64,000 nt of DNA from Deltaproteobacteria bacterium (GCA_016218815.1 JACRCX010000124.1:1427-65426); one strand, 5' to 3'. Positions 50,953-61,548 are shown, numbered from the stretch's first letter. Translations and numbers: made by a program. Notes: generated from the sequence alone by a model not told the origin.

Positions 50953-52917
50953 CTACGGCTGCCCGAAGGTCGCGGGGATCGGCGTCTGCAAATCCGCGCC
51001 GGCCGGACAGGACCGATCGACCCCCGTCGCCCCGGCGTCGGTCCAGAGGATCTTGAACTCGACGCGCCGGTTCTTGTCCCACGCCCGATCGTTGTGCCCC
51101 GGGTCCACGGGACATCGCTCGCCATAGCCCGTTGCCAGGAGGCGAGACGCCTCGACGCCCTGGCGGACGAGATACTCGACGACGGAGTTGGCGCGGTCGC
51201 TCGTGAGCTGGATGTTGTACTCGTCCGTGTTGCGCTCGTCCGCGTGCCCCTGGACTTCGATCAGCCGGAGCTGCTGGTTGTTGATCAGCGTCGCCGCGAC
51301 CTGGTTGAGGATGTCGAACGAACGCTCCTCGATGATCGCGCTGTCGGTCTGGAAGTAGATCTTGTCCATGATCACGACGTCGGTGCCGGTGACCAGCACG
51401 CGACCCTGGTCGGGGCAGCCGTCGTCGTCCTCGGTGCCGTTGTACGTCTCGGGCTCGTTGCGGCAGTCGTCATCGACGTCCAGGATCCGGTCCTGGTCGT
51501 TGTCCACGTCCGGGCAGCCCTCGACGTCGTTGAACCCGTCCAGGTCCTCCGGCTCGTTCATGCACAGATCGTCGATGTCCTTGATGCCGTCGTTGTCGTT
51601 GTCCGGATCCGGGCAGCCCTCCACGTCCTGGAACCCGTCGCGGTCTTCCGGGTCGTCCGGGCACTGGTCGTTGACGTCCAGGATCGTGTCGCCGTCGCGG
51701 TCGCCCTGCTCTCCCTCCGGGCAGCCGTCTTCGTCCGCGTCGCCGTCGCGGTCCTCCGGGATCAGCGGGCAGGAATCCTCGACATCGAGGATCTGGTCGC
51801 GGTCGTTGTCCGGGTCGGGACAGCCGTCCGCGTCCTCGAAGTCGTCCGGATCCTCGGGGTCGTCCGGGCACTGATCGACGTCGTCCTTGATCCCGTCGCG
51901 GTCGCGGTCGCCGATCGACGGCTCGAAAATCCACGCGCCGAAGACCCGCGCCTCGGCCGCGGAGAACCCCTCGGAGAAGATCCCCGTCCCGCCGCCCAGG
52001 TAGAGGTAGCTGTTGCGCTCGAGGAAGATCTTCAGCCCCGCCACCGCCTCCATCGGCGTGTGGCGCATGTCGAAGAAGTTCGTGAACACCGTGTTGCCGT
52101 AGAACTCGACGATCGCGTTGAGCCGCTCCGGCACCAGCGTGAAGCTGGCGCCGATGCCGAACGTGAGCAGATGGCCGTACTGGAAGGTCTTCCCCGACGC
52201 GTCGGTGAGCGTGAGCGGCTCGTACCCGTCGTCGTTGGCGAAGAAGAAGCGGCCGCCGATGTTGAGCGACGCGAGGAACCAGTCCGTCGGTGCCGTATCC
52301 ACGATCGCCGTCACGCCCAGGCCCATCCCCGGGTCGGAGCCGAGCCCGTGGTCGATCTGCCCCGTCGGCGTGAAGAACTGGAGGATCGCGCCCAACCCCA
52401 CCGGGTGCCGCTCGACCCGCAGGAAACGGAACTTCGCGTGGATCTCCAGGTCGCCGACGTGCTCGGCGGAGAAGGACGGTCCGGGCGTGACCGGAGTCGT
52501 GAGTGACCGAGTGCCCCAGGTTTCCCAGCCGGTCACGCCGTCGACGGCGGGGCCGGAGTTGATGACGACCGGCAAGGAGAAGCCGATCGCCATGAAGTTC
52601 AGGAGCCCGATGTTGAAGCCGACGTTGGCATCGATCGCGTCGCTGACCAGGTGCGTCTCGCCGCCCGCGGCATCGACCGAGAACAGGTTGTGGCCGTAGT
52701 CGAGGATCAACGCGATGCTGATGTCCAGGTGCGGCATGATGTCCGAGGCATTCACGCCGAACAGGCCCTTGGAATCCACGGCCGCGCGGAACAGGCGAAG
52801 ATCCAGTGCGCCCGTGTCGGCGGGAGCGTCGGTTTCCGTCGCCCGCGCCGCGGTCGGGGCCGCGAGCGCCGCGAGCAAGGACGCCGTTGCTAGGAGACTC
52901 TTTCGACCTGGCCTCAT
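50953..52917 (-). CDS. OmpA-family outer-membrane protein with thrombospondin type 3 repeats (TraB-like architecture)
   Basis: Signal peptide, beta-barrel-like N-terminus, DxDxDGIxDxxDxCPxxPED repeats, OmpA motifs QGHADERN, RANSV, NRRVEF. Confidence 0.9.
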   Translation of the reverse strand: MRPGRKSLLATASLLAALAAPTAARATETDAPADTGALDLRLFRAAVDSKGLFGVNASDIMPHLDISIALILDYGHNLFSVDAAGGETHLVSDAIDANVGFNIGLLNFMAIGFSLPVVINSGPAVDGVTGWETWGTRSLTTPVTPGPSFSAEHVGDLEIHAKFRFLRVERHPVGLGAILQFFTPTGQIDHGLGSDPGMGLGVTAIVDTAPTDWFLASLNIGGRFFFANDDGYEPLTLTDASGKTFQYGHLLTFGIGASFTLVPERLNAIVEFYGNTVFTNFFDMRHTPMEAVAGLKIFLERNSYLYLGGGTGIFSEGFSAAEARVFGAWIFEPSIGDRDRDGIKDDVDQCPDDPEDPDDFEDADGCPDPDNDRDQILDVEDSCPLIPEDRDGDADEDGCPEGEQGDRDGDTILDVNDQCPDDPEDRDGFQDVEGCPDPDNDNDGIKDIDDLCMNEPEDLDGFNDVEGCPDVDNDQDRILDVDDDCRNEPETYNGTEDDDGCPDQGRVLVTGTDVVIMDKIYFQTDSAIIEERSFDILNQVAATLINNQQLRLIEVQGHADERNTDEYNIQLTSDRANSVVEYLVRQGVEASRLLATGYGERCPVDPGHNDRAWDKNRRVEFKILWTDAGATGVDRSCPAGADLQTPIPATFGQP

Positions 52918-53059
52918 CTCCAACCTCCGCCCGAAAACGCCACTCACGCGCGCCAGAATCCGCTCGAAGCGGCTCTCACCCCGTCGGCACGCGGGACGGG
53001 CGGGACGCTAGCGGAAACCGCAAGCGTGTGTCAATGAGGGAAGGCTGCGGGGTGGGGGC

Positions 53060-54889
53060 TCACGGGGCTCGGCCGGCGCCTTGCAGGATCTGCTGGTATT
53101 CCTCGTACTTGCGCTGGCCCTCGCATCGGCGCAGGTAGTTCTCCATCGCGGTGTAGGCGTCCGGCATCCGGGCCTCGGACTTGTAGCAGGTCACCAGCAC
53201 CTCGATGTTGCGGCACGTCTGCGGCGCGTGCGTCAGGACGTTGATGCACCCGGCATTGTCGCCGGAGAGGATGAGCTGCCGGGCCTGCGCCAGGGCCTCC
53301 TCCGCGGCGTTGCCGGTCGGCTGCGCCGCCTCTTCCGTAGCGCCGGCGTCTCGCGGCGTCGCGGTCGCCTCCTCGCGGACGCGCGCGTCGGTCGCGGGGG
53401 TCGTCCCGGCGTCGCGGGGACGGACCGCCCCGACGTCCGCGGGCGGCGGCGGGGTGCCGGCATCCGCGACGCCCGGCACGTGGGCCTCCAGCCGGCGCAG
53501 CGCGGTCGCCAGCTCTTCGCGCCCGGCGGCGACGCGGCGGGGCGGCGCGAGGACCGCGTTCAGGGCCTCGACGACCAGCCGCAGCTCGTCGACCTTCGCC
53601 GCCCGCACCGCCTCGCGCCCGACGGCAAGCACGTCGTCCCACACGCCGGCGGCGTCGCGCGCGCAGCGGGCATCCGGGGGAACGGCGGCGAGCTTCGACG
53701 CCGCGCCCGCCGCATCGCCGGCGGCGAGCGCCGTGGCGGCGTCGTCCAGCGCGCGTCGCGCGTCGCGTTCCCGCGTGGCCGCCGCGCGCAGCTCGACGGC
53801 ATCCGGGTCGGAGGCCAGCTCGGCCGCGGCCAGCAGGTCGAGCACGGCGTCCCACTCGGCCGTGGCCGCCGCCTTCTCGGCCGCCGCGCGGGCCTCCGCC
53901 AGCCTCTCGGCGGGCGAAGGCCCCTCCACCTGCGCCGCCGCATCCGCCGTCGCGGGCGGCAGCGCGGGAGCTTCCGCTCCGGCGTCGGCGCCCCGCGGGA
54001 CGACGGCGAGCGCCACCTCGGGGACGTCGGGCGCACCGGGCCCGCCGTAGCGTCCCGCGTCCGCCGCGGCCACGCTCGTTTCGTCGACCGCCGCCGGCGC
54101 GCCGCCCTTGTTGCGCCCGACGAGGAGGTAGATGACGCCGGCGACGGCGACGACCGCGCCGAGGATTCCGAAGACCATGGGCAGACGGGAGGCCGGCTTC
54201 GGGGGCGCCGTCACGGTGCGCGGCTTGATGTCCTCGGGGCGCAGCGCGCCGAGCGTGAAGTACAGCCGGGCGCGGCCGATATCGATGATGTCGCCGGGGT
54301 CGAGCGCCTTGCTGAGGACGCGCCGCTCGCCGACCTTGATCCCGCTGGCGCTGCCGGCGTCCTCGACGAAGTACCGCCCCTGGAGGAGATGCAGCCGCGC
54401 GTGGGTCCTGGAGACATTGACGTCGTCGATGCGGATCGTGGCCTCGTCGCCGCGCCCGATGACGTGCGGCACGTCGGAGAGGACGTGGACCGCGACGGAG
54501 CTGCCGTCGATGACCACCGCGATCTGCGGTGCCTGCACCGGCTCGGGCGGCGGTCCGGACGGGGTGTCGTCGGCGGTGGCGGCGAGCGCCTCGATCTTCA
54601 GCGTGTAGTCGCCGATGCCGATCTCGTCGCCCGGCGAGAGCGGCATCTTGCCGCGGATGCGGCGGCCGTTGAGGCGGGTGCCGTTGTAGCTGCCGAGGTC
54701 GTTGAGGTAGAAGCGGCCGTTCTCGCGCAGGATGCGGGCGTGGTTGCGCGAGACGTTGCGCTCGGTCAGCCGGATGACGTTCCCCTCCTTGCGCCCGACC
54801 GTGAATTCGTCGCGCATCAGCGGGACGCTGGTCACCTGACCTTCGTCGTCGACGATCGCGATCTGGTAGGTCGGCCCCGCGGCTTCCAT
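53060..54889 (-). CDS. Double-FHA membrane protein with helical/TPR-like C-terminus
   Basis: VGRKEGN..NVSRNHA..DLGSYNGT and IGRGDE..NVSRTHA; one TM segment. Confidence 0.87.
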   Translation of the reverse strand: MEAAGPTYQIAIVDDEGQVTSVPLMRDEFTVGRKEGNVIRLTERNVSRNHARILRENGRFYLNDLGSYNGTRLNGRRIRGKMPLSPGDEIGIGDYTLKIEALAATADDTPSGPPPEPVQAPQIAVVIDGSSVAVHVLSDVPHVIGRGDEATIRIDDVNVSRTHARLHLLQGRYFVEDAGSASGIKVGERRVLSKALDPGDIIDIGRARLYFTLGALRPEDIKPRTVTAPPKPASRLPMVFGILGAVVAVAGVIYLLVGRNKGGAPAAVDETSVAAADAGRYGGPGAPDVPEVALAVVPRGADAGAEAPALPPATADAAAQVEGPSPAERLAEARAAAEKAAATAEWDAVLDLLAAAELASDPDAVELRAAATRERDARRALDDAATALAAGDAAGAASKLAAVPPDARCARDAAGVWDDVLAVGREAVRAAKVDELRLVVEALNAVLAPPRRVAAGREELATALRRLEAHVPGVADAGTPPPPADVGAVRPRDAGTTPATDARVREEATATPRDAGATEEAAQPTGNAAEEALAQARQLILSGDNAGCINVLTHAPQTCRNIEVLVTCYKSEARMPDAYTAMENYLRRCEGQRKYEEYQQILQGAGRAP

Positions 54890-55007
54890 CGGCGGGCCGG
54901 ATGTTACCAGCACCCGGCGGATTCCGCCAGAGGGAGTGCGGCGGAATTCCGGGACGGGGGTGGACGGCGACGGCCCGGGGTGCAAGAGTTCCCGGCCGGA
55001 GGTGGAG

Positions 55008-57521
55008 ATGGTCCGGAAATCGCCCGTTTTCCCAGCCCGGTTCGAGCTGCCCGCGGCGCGCCTGCGCCGGACGATCGACCCCCGCAGCATCCCGTACCCC
55101 ACCACGGCGGGAGTGCCGTCCGGCGGGCCCGCCGCGCCGGCCGGCGGCGAGGCGCGCCACGACGCCTCGCGGGAGATGATGGTCGGCCAGCGCCGCGCCG
55201 TCGGTGCCCTCGATTTCGGCCTGCGCGTGCGCGCCCGCGGCTTCAACATCTACGTCCTGGGCGACCCCGGCAGCGGGAAGACCACGAGCGCCGAGCGGAT
55301 GGTCGAGGCGCGGGCGGCGGAGGAGCCCCCGGGGCTCGACGTGATTTACGTCCACGACTTCGACGAGCCGGACCATCCGCGCGGGATCCGCCTGGCCGCC
55401 GGCCAGGCCGGCCCCTTCGCGCACGACATCGACTCCGCGATCACCGAGCTGGGCCGCGAGATCCCCCGCGTGCTGTCGACCGCCGCGTTCCGCGACCAGC
55501 GCCACAAGATCCTCGACGCCAGCAACCAGAAGGCCGAGGCCCGCTTCGTGCAGCTCGTCCGCCAGGGCCGCCGCCACCGGCTGCTCGTCCGCCGCGACGG
55601 CGATCACCTCGCCCTCACCCCCCTCAAGGGCGGCACGCCGCTGACCACCGAGCAGTACGACGCGCTGCCGGACGAGGTCCGCGCCGCCTACGAGAGCCGC
55701 TCCAACGCCTTCCAGCGCCGCATCCCCGAGTACGATCGCCACCTGCGCCAGATCCAGAAGGAGCTGGAGGCCGAGCTCCTGGAGGCCGAGCGGGCGGGGA
55801 TCGCGCACGTGGTCGAGGTGGTCTTCAACGAGCTGCAGCGCAAGCACCCGGAGCTGCCCCAGGACGCCAAACGCTACGTCGAGCAGCTCCACGACTACGT
55901 GCTCGACAACCACCGCCTCTTCCTGCCGCCCGAGGAGCTTCCGGGGGCCGAAAGCCGCGAGGGCGCGGAGAGCGGCGACGAGGCGGGCGCCGGCGGCGGG
56001 CCGCAGGTGCACGAACACCCGCCGTTCCGGATCAACGTCCTGGTCGACCGCCGGCGCGAAACCCGCGCGCCCGTCGTCGTCGAACGCAACCCGACGTACC
56101 CCAATCTCTTCGGCTACCCGGAGTACCGCGAGACGCGCGGGATCTACTCCACCGATCACACGCTGATCCGGCCGGGCGCCCTGCACCGCGCCAACGGCGG
56201 CTACCTCATCCTCCAGATCGCCGACCTGGCCCGCAGCCCCAACGCCTGGGATGCCCTGAAGAAGGCCATCCGGCACCGCGAGCTGCGCATCGAGGAGCTG
56301 GAGGACGAGAGCAAGCCGAAGACCACCGGCTCCGTCCGGCCCACCCCCATCCCGCTCGACGTCAAGGTCATCCTCGTCGGCTCTTCCGAAACCTACTGGG
56401 CGCTGCAGAGCCAGGACGACGACTTCACGCGCCTGTTCAAGGTCAAGGCGGATTTCGAGGCCGCGATGCCGCTCAGCCGCCGCACGCTCCTGGCCGCCGT
56501 CCGCTTCGTCGCCCGCGCGGCCGGCGAGGAGCGGCTGCTCCCCCTGGAGCGCGGCGCCCTGGCCAAGGTGCTGGAGCACGGCGTCCGGGACGCCGGGGAC
56601 CAGAAGCGCCTGACCACCCGCCTGGCGACGCTGATCGACCTGGCGGCAGAGGCCGATCACTGGGCGCGGCGCGTCCGGCACAAGTCCATCTCGTCGGCCG
56701 ACGTCGACCGGGCGCTGGCGGAGCGGTTCCGCCGGCACGAGAAGGACGAGGACGCCGTCCTGAAGGAGATCCGCGACGGCACGATCCTGCTGGACACCCG
56801 CGGCGCCGTGATCGGCCAGGTCAACGGCCTGACCGTCTACGACCAGGGCGACCACTCCTTCGGCGTCCCCGCGCGCATCACCGCGCGCACCTACGTCGGC
56901 CGCAAGGAGGTGGTGAACATCGATCGCGAGGTCCGTCTCTCCGGCGCCATCCACGACAAGGGCGCGCTCACCCTGGTCGGGTTCCTCGGCGGCCGCTTCG
57001 CCCGCGACAAGCCGCTCGCGCTCTCCGCCAGCATCACGTTCGAGCAGAACTACGGCTTCGTCGAGGGGGACTCCGCGTCGGCCGCGGAGCTGTACGCGCT
57101 GCTCTCCAGCCTCGCCCGCGTGCCCATCCGCCAGGGCATCGCCGTCACCGGCTCCGTCAACCAGCAGGGCGAGATCCAGCCCGTGGGCGGCGTGAACGAG
57201 AAGATCGAGGGCTTCTTCCGCGTGTGCCGGATCAAGGGGCTGACCGGCGCCGAGGGCGTCATCATCCCGCGCGTCAACGTCCGCCACCTCATGCTCGACC
57301 AGGACGTCGTCGACGCCGTCCGGCGCCGGCGATTCCGCATCTTCGCCGTGGGGCACGTCGACGAAGGGATCGAGATCCTCACCGGACGCGTGGCCGGCCG
57401 GCGTCGCCGCGGTCGATGGCAGCCGGAGAGCCTGAACGAGCTCATCGACCGCCGCCTGCGCGAGCTGGGCGAGGTCCTCCGGCTCCACGAGAACGTTGCC
57501 GTCCCGGGCGTCGCGCGCTAG
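55008..57521 (+). CDS. Lon-like S16 protease (LonC/AAA_32 type)
   Basis: GDPGSGKT, PGALHRANGGYL, FKVKADF, GQVNGL, VEGDSAS, GGVNEKIEGFF. Confidence 0.92.
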   Translation: MVRKSPVFPARFELPAARLRRTIDPRSIPYPTTAGVPSGGPAAPAGGEARHDASREMMVGQRRAVGALDFGLRVRARGFNIYVLGDPGSGKTTSAERMVEARAAEEPPGLDVIYVHDFDEPDHPRGIRLAAGQAGPFAHDIDSAITELGREIPRVLSTAAFRDQRHKILDASNQKAEARFVQLVRQGRRHRLLVRRDGDHLALTPLKGGTPLTTEQYDALPDEVRAAYESRSNAFQRRIPEYDRHLRQIQKELEAELLEAERAGIAHVVEVVFNELQRKHPELPQDAKRYVEQLHDYVLDNHRLFLPPEELPGAESREGAESGDEAGAGGGPQVHEHPPFRINVLVDRRRETRAPVVVERNPTYPNLFGYPEYRETRGIYSTDHTLIRPGALHRANGGYLILQIADLARSPNAWDALKKAIRHRELRIEELEDESKPKTTGSVRPTPIPLDVKVILVGSSETYWALQSQDDDFTRLFKVKADFEAAMPLSRRTLLAAVRFVARAAGEERLLPLERGALAKVLEHGVRDAGDQKRLTTRLATLIDLAAEADHWARRVRHKSISSADVDRALAERFRRHEKDEDAVLKEIRDGTILLDTRGAVIGQVNGLTVYDQGDHSFGVPARITARTYVGRKEVVNIDREVRLSGAIHDKGALTLVGFLGGRFARDKPLALSASITFEQNYGFVEGDSASAAELYALLSSLARVPIRQGIAVTGSVNQQGEIQPVGGVNEKIEGFFRVCRIKGLTGAEGVIIPRVNVRHLMLDQDVVDAVRRRRFRIFAVGHVDEGIEILTGRVAGRRRRGRWQPESLNELIDRRLRELGEVLRLHENVAVPGVAR

Positions 57522-57556
57522 GTTGAATCGCGCCCCTCTCGGGGAAGGAGGTCCGC

Positions 57557-58810
57557 ATGCTCGTCCCCGGCCGAACGCTTCGCACCTTCCGCTTCCCGGC
57601 CGCCGTCGCGGTCCTGGGCGCCGGCCTGCTGCTCGCCCTGCACCCCGCCGGCTGCGGCGACGACAAGGAGTGCTCCGCCGACGCCGACTGCGACGACGGG
57701 ATCTACTGCAACGGCCGGGAGACCTGCGGTCGCACGGGACGCTGCTACGCGTCTCCCACCGGGGCCTGCGACGACGGCATGTCCTGCAACACCGACACCT
57801 GCGTCGAGGCGACCCGCACGTGCTCGCACGCGGCCGTCGATGCCGACGGCGACACCTACCAGGACGCCGATTGCGGCGGCGACGACTGCAACGACGCCCG
57901 CGCCGAGATCCACCCCGGGGCGGCCGAGCTCTGCGATTTCCTGGACGACGACTGCAACGGCATCGTCGAGGAGGATCGCGACGGCGATCACCACCAGGAC
58001 CGCACGATCTGCCCCGACGGCGGCGACGACTGCGACGACTCGAACCCCGACGTCTACGCCGGTGCTCCCGAGCTCTGCGACGGCCTGGACGACGACTGCG
58101 ACGGCACCACGGCCGACGAACGCGACACCGACGCCGACACCGCCGTCGACATCACCTGCGCCGGCGGGACGGACTGCGACGACGAGGATCCCAACGTGCG
58201 CCCCGGCATCGACGAGACCTGCAACGACAAGGACGACGACTGCGACGGCGACACCGACGAGGGGATCGGCACCTGCCGCATCGGCGACGACGTCTGGTGC
58301 TTCACCGCCTGCGGCTCCCGCGGCACGGGCACGTGCACGTCCCAGTGCCGTCCCCCGGAGCCCGCAGGCTGCGAGCCTCCCGGGGAATCGTGCGGCAACG
58401 GCGTCGATGACAACTGCGACGGCGAGACCGACGAGGACTGCCCGACGCCCGACGCCGGCTGCGTCGACCACGGCGACGAGTGCTGCGGCGACCTCCTGGA
58501 CGACAACTGCGACGGCCGGACCGACGAGTTCGGCTGCCTCCCGCACGGCGCCTGCCCGCCCCTGACGCGGCGGTACTGCGACACCGGCGACGAATACGGC
58601 TGGGGCTACCAGGACTGCCCGATCTCCGGCACCGAGTGGGGGCCGTGCGACATCGGCTACGCGCCGCCGGGCTGCGAACCCATGGGCTGGGACGTCTCCT
58701 GCTGCGTCACCTCGGGCTCCTGCTGCGAAGACACGGCCGACGACAACCACAACGGCTTCACCACGGACTCCGTCGGCCCGACCTGCCCGCCCCAGTCGAA
58801 CTGCCTGTAG
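57557..58810 (+). CDS. Cys/Asp-rich lipoprotein (DCDD..PGAxExCDxxDDDCDG repeats)
   Basis: AAGGAGG RBS, PAGC lipobox, about five repeats. Confidence 0.85.
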   Translation: MLVPGRTLRTFRFPAAVAVLGAGLLLALHPAGCGDDKECSADADCDDGIYCNGRETCGRTGRCYASPTGACDDGMSCNTDTCVEATRTCSHAAVDADGDTYQDADCGGDDCNDARAEIHPGAAELCDFLDDDCNGIVEEDRDGDHHQDRTICPDGGDDCDDSNPDVYAGAPELCDGLDDDCDGTTADERDTDADTAVDITCAGGTDCDDEDPNVRPGIDETCNDKDDDCDGDTDEGIGTCRIGDDVWCFTACGSRGTGTCTSQCRPPEPAGCEPPGESCGNGVDDNCDGETDEDCPTPDAGCVDHGDECCGDLLDDNCDGRTDEFGCLPHGACPPLTRRYCDTGDEYGWGYQDCPISGTEWGPCDIGYAPPGCEPMGWDVSCCVTSGSCCEDTADDNHNGFTTDSVGPTCPPQSNCL

Positions 58811-58812
58811 GA

Positions 58813-58848
58813 GAAGTGCGGGAAGAGCGGGAAGAGCGGGAAGTGCGG
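58813..58848 (+). repeat. 9-mer tandem x4 (GAAG[AT]GCGG)
   Basis: Read directly between convergent stops. Confidence 0.85.
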
Positions 58849-58859
58849 GCGGTGCGAGG

Positions 58860-59729
58860 CTACGCCTTCCCGTCCTTCGTGAACGCGGACCACTCGTCGT
58901 CGGGCATCGCGAACGCGTGCTCGGCCGCAGGGTACGTGCCGGCACGCACGTCGGTGCAGTACCGCTGGACGGCATCGACCACCCGGTCGCCCAGGTTCTC
59001 GAAGCGGCGCACGAAGCGGGGGGAATGCCCGCCACGCCCCATCCCGAGCATGTCGTGCAGGACGAGCACCTGGCCGTCGCAGGCGGCGCCGGCGCCGATC
59101 CCGATGATCGGCACCTTGCAACGGCGCGCAATCTCCGCGGCGACCCGGTCCGGGATGCACTCCAGCACGATCAGGAAGGCGCCCGCATCCTGGAGCAGCA
59201 GCGCGTCGTCGAGGATCTGCCGCGCGGCCGGCGCCGTCCGGCCCTGGCAGCGGTAGCCCCCGATCATGCTGGCCGTCTGCGGCGTGAGCCCCAGGTGCCC
59301 TACGGTCGGAATGCCGGCGCGGACCAGCGCGCGCACCGTCTCCGCCATCGCCGCCCCGCCCTCGATCTTGACCCCGACCGCTCCCCCTTCCTTGAGGAAG
59401 CGGCCCGCGTTGAGGATCGCGTCGCGCACGTCCGACTGGTACGAGAGGAACGGCATGTCGCCCAGGACCATCGCGTATCGCGTGCCGCGGGAGACCGCGC
59501 GCGTCAGCGCGATCATCTCGTCCATCGTCACCGGCAGCGTGTCGCGGTAGCCCAGCACGACGTTGGCCGCGCTGTCGCCGACCAGGATCGTGTCCACCCC
59601 CGCCTCGTCCAGCAGTCGGGCCCACGCCGCGTCGTACGCGGTCAGCATCGTGATCTTCTCGCCGTTCGCCTTCTTCTGCTGCAGCGCCGGGATGTCGATC
59701 GGCGTTCGTTCCATCGTCTCCTCCATCAC
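58860..59729 (-). CDS. panB: 3-methyl-2-oxobutanoate hydroxymethyltransferase
   Basis: MLTAYD, LVGDS, GDMPFLSY, VKIEGG, GHLGLTPQ, IGIGAG, DGQVLVLHDMLG. Confidence 0.96.
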   Translation of the reverse strand: MMEETMERTPIDIPALQQKKANGEKITMLTAYDAAWARLLDEAGVDTILVGDSAANVVLGYRDTLPVTMDEMIALTRAVSRGTRYAMVLGDMPFLSYQSDVRDAILNAGRFLKEGGAVGVKIEGGAAMAETVRALVRAGIPTVGHLGLTPQTASMIGGYRCQGRTAPAARQILDDALLLQDAGAFLIVLECIPDRVAAEIARRCKVPIIGIGAGAACDGQVLVLHDMLGMGRGGHSPRFVRRFENLGDRVVDAVQRYCTDVRAGTYPAAEHAFAMPDDEWSAFTKDGKA

Positions 59730-59796
59730 GGCCCGCCTGCGTAGCAGAACCGGAACGTGCGGTAAACCGGGGCGATGGAGCGGTGGTGGAGGCGTG

Positions 59797-60102
59797 CTAC
59801 GGCGTGCCGTACGCCGGGACGGCGTAGCGCGCCGTGGTCTCGTCGGCGTCCGGAACCCCGTAGGCCGGCATCATGGCGTCGTCCGCCGTGCCGTCGTCGG
59901 CCGACGCGTCGGCATCCGCGTCCGCGACCGCGTCGTCGTCCCCCGGGTCCGACGCGTAGCAGCCCGCGACGGGCGCCGCGGCGGCCACGGCGGCCACGAC
60001 CAGCGCGCGGAACACGCCGGCGGGCCGGATGCGCGGCACAGGGGCGCGCACCTCCCGGTCACCGCTCGCTGTCGCCGCCACGTTCTTCTCGTCGTCGGAC
60101 AT
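59797..60102 (-). CDS. Small lipoprotein with C-terminal xYGxP repeats
   Basis: GGAGGT RBS; VAGC lipobox; acidic linker; PAYGVP..RYAVPAYGTP*. Confidence 0.78.
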   Translation of the reverse strand: MSDDEKNVAATASGDREVRAPVPRIRPAGVFRALVVAAVAAAAPVAGCYASDPGDDDAVADADADASADDGTADDAMMPAYGVPDADETTARYAVPAYGTP

Positions 60103-60212
60103 GAATCACCTCCACTGGACCTCGGACTCCGCATTCGCGTCGTCCGGTGGAACCTAGCACGCGGGGCCCCGACCGGGTAGCTCGCGGGGGGGGACTCCCG
60201 CACTCTCCTCCA

Positions 60213-61130
60213 TCAACCGCCGCACATCGGCGAGTAGACCTCCGTGCACAAGCCGCCCCGGCATGCCGCGAGCACGCCGTCGCCCATGCAGGAGTTGTAC
60301 GCGCAGACGGCGCCGCCCTCGTACTCGCACGGGTCCAGCGACGTCCGCGGATCGCTCGCCGCCACCGCCTGGCAACTGCAGCTCGAGTAGATCAGCCGGC
60401 AGTCCGCATCGACCGCGCACTCCGTCGCCACGCAGCCGCGCAACGGGTCGCAGGGCAGGGCGCAGTCGATCAACGCGCAGATGTCCTGGATGCAGCGGCC
60501 CAGGCCGGCTTCGCAAACCGCCAGCTCCCCGGCGCAACCCACGTCGCACGTGCAGTAGCCCTCGCCCACCGTCTCGCACGGCGCCGGCGCGCACTCGCAC
60601 GGCTGACACCCGTTCCGCGGCGGCACGAAGCCGAACTCGCAGTCGAGGAGGCAGGTCGTGCCCGAGTTGTCGCACGGGCCGCACGTCCCGCCCTCGCACC
60701 ACGCGAGGCCCCAGCCGCCCTCGCAGTCCTCGTCCACGCCGCACGCGCAGCCGAACGGCGCTCCCATGCAGGCGTCGGTGTAGTAGCACCCGAACGCGCC
60801 GCCCGAACATTCGCAGACGTACGACGGGTGCGTCACCCCGCAGCACGTCTCGCTCCCGTACTCGCATCGCCCCCCCTCGACCTCGCACGCGCTCCCCGCC
60901 TCCGGCATCCCCGCCGGACACCCCGCGGGGACATCCGCGACATCGGCGTCCCCGACACCGTCTCCGGCCACGTCCTCCCCCGTCGTCGCCTCGTCCGCTA
61001 CCTCGCCGTCCGCCGCGCCGTCCGTCGTCGCCTCGTCGCCGCTCGCGTCGGCATCGCCCGTCAGCTCCACCCCGCCGTCGCAGCCGAGCGCCGCAATCAG
61101 CACGCCGAATCCGAACCACCTCGCGCCCAT
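60213..61130 (-). CDS. Cys-rich lipoprotein
   Basis: GGAGG RBS, MGARWFGFGVLIAALGC, acidic linker, dense Cys modules. Confidence 0.8.
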   Translation of the reverse strand: MGARWFGFGVLIAALGCDGGVELTGDADASGDEATTDGAADGEVADEATTGEDVAGDGVGDADVADVPAGCPAGMPEAGSACEVEGGRCEYGSETCCGVTHPSYVCECSGGAFGCYYTDACMGAPFGCACGVDEDCEGGWGLAWCEGGTCGPCDNSGTTCLLDCEFGFVPPRNGCQPCECAPAPCETVGEGYCTCDVGCAGELAVCEAGLGRCIQDICALIDCALPCDPLRGCVATECAVDADCRLIYSSCSCQAVAASDPRTSLDPCEYEGGAVCAYNSCMGDGVLAACRGGLCTEVYSPMCGG

Positions 61131-61548
61131 CGAACGCCTCCCATCCCCCCCCGCTCCGCCACCCAAAAGCAATCGGCGTTCCATCCTGGCACCCCGGCGA
61201 CCCCCACGCCAGGATTCCTCCCGCGCAGGACGGGAACGCAACCGATTGTCGAGGCTTGGACGAACGGTCGCCGGACAGGAGCCCTCCAGGGGAACCCCCA
61301 CGGCCCGGACGAATGTCCGCCGTCCCCGTCACGCAATGGCACGGGCCGCGGCGTCGCCGTCAACGGGACGAGGGCCCGCCGGGTCCCGACGAAGAACGAA
61401 GAACGCCCCGCCCCGTCCGGACCAAGGCCCCGAAGGGACTCGGCGCCTTCGGCGCCAGCACCAACAACCAACAACCTCCCCTCCTTGCCCAGGACCCCCG
61501 AGGCGAACTACGGTACGCAGCGTGTCGTGGAAGCGGTCCGGGCGAAGG

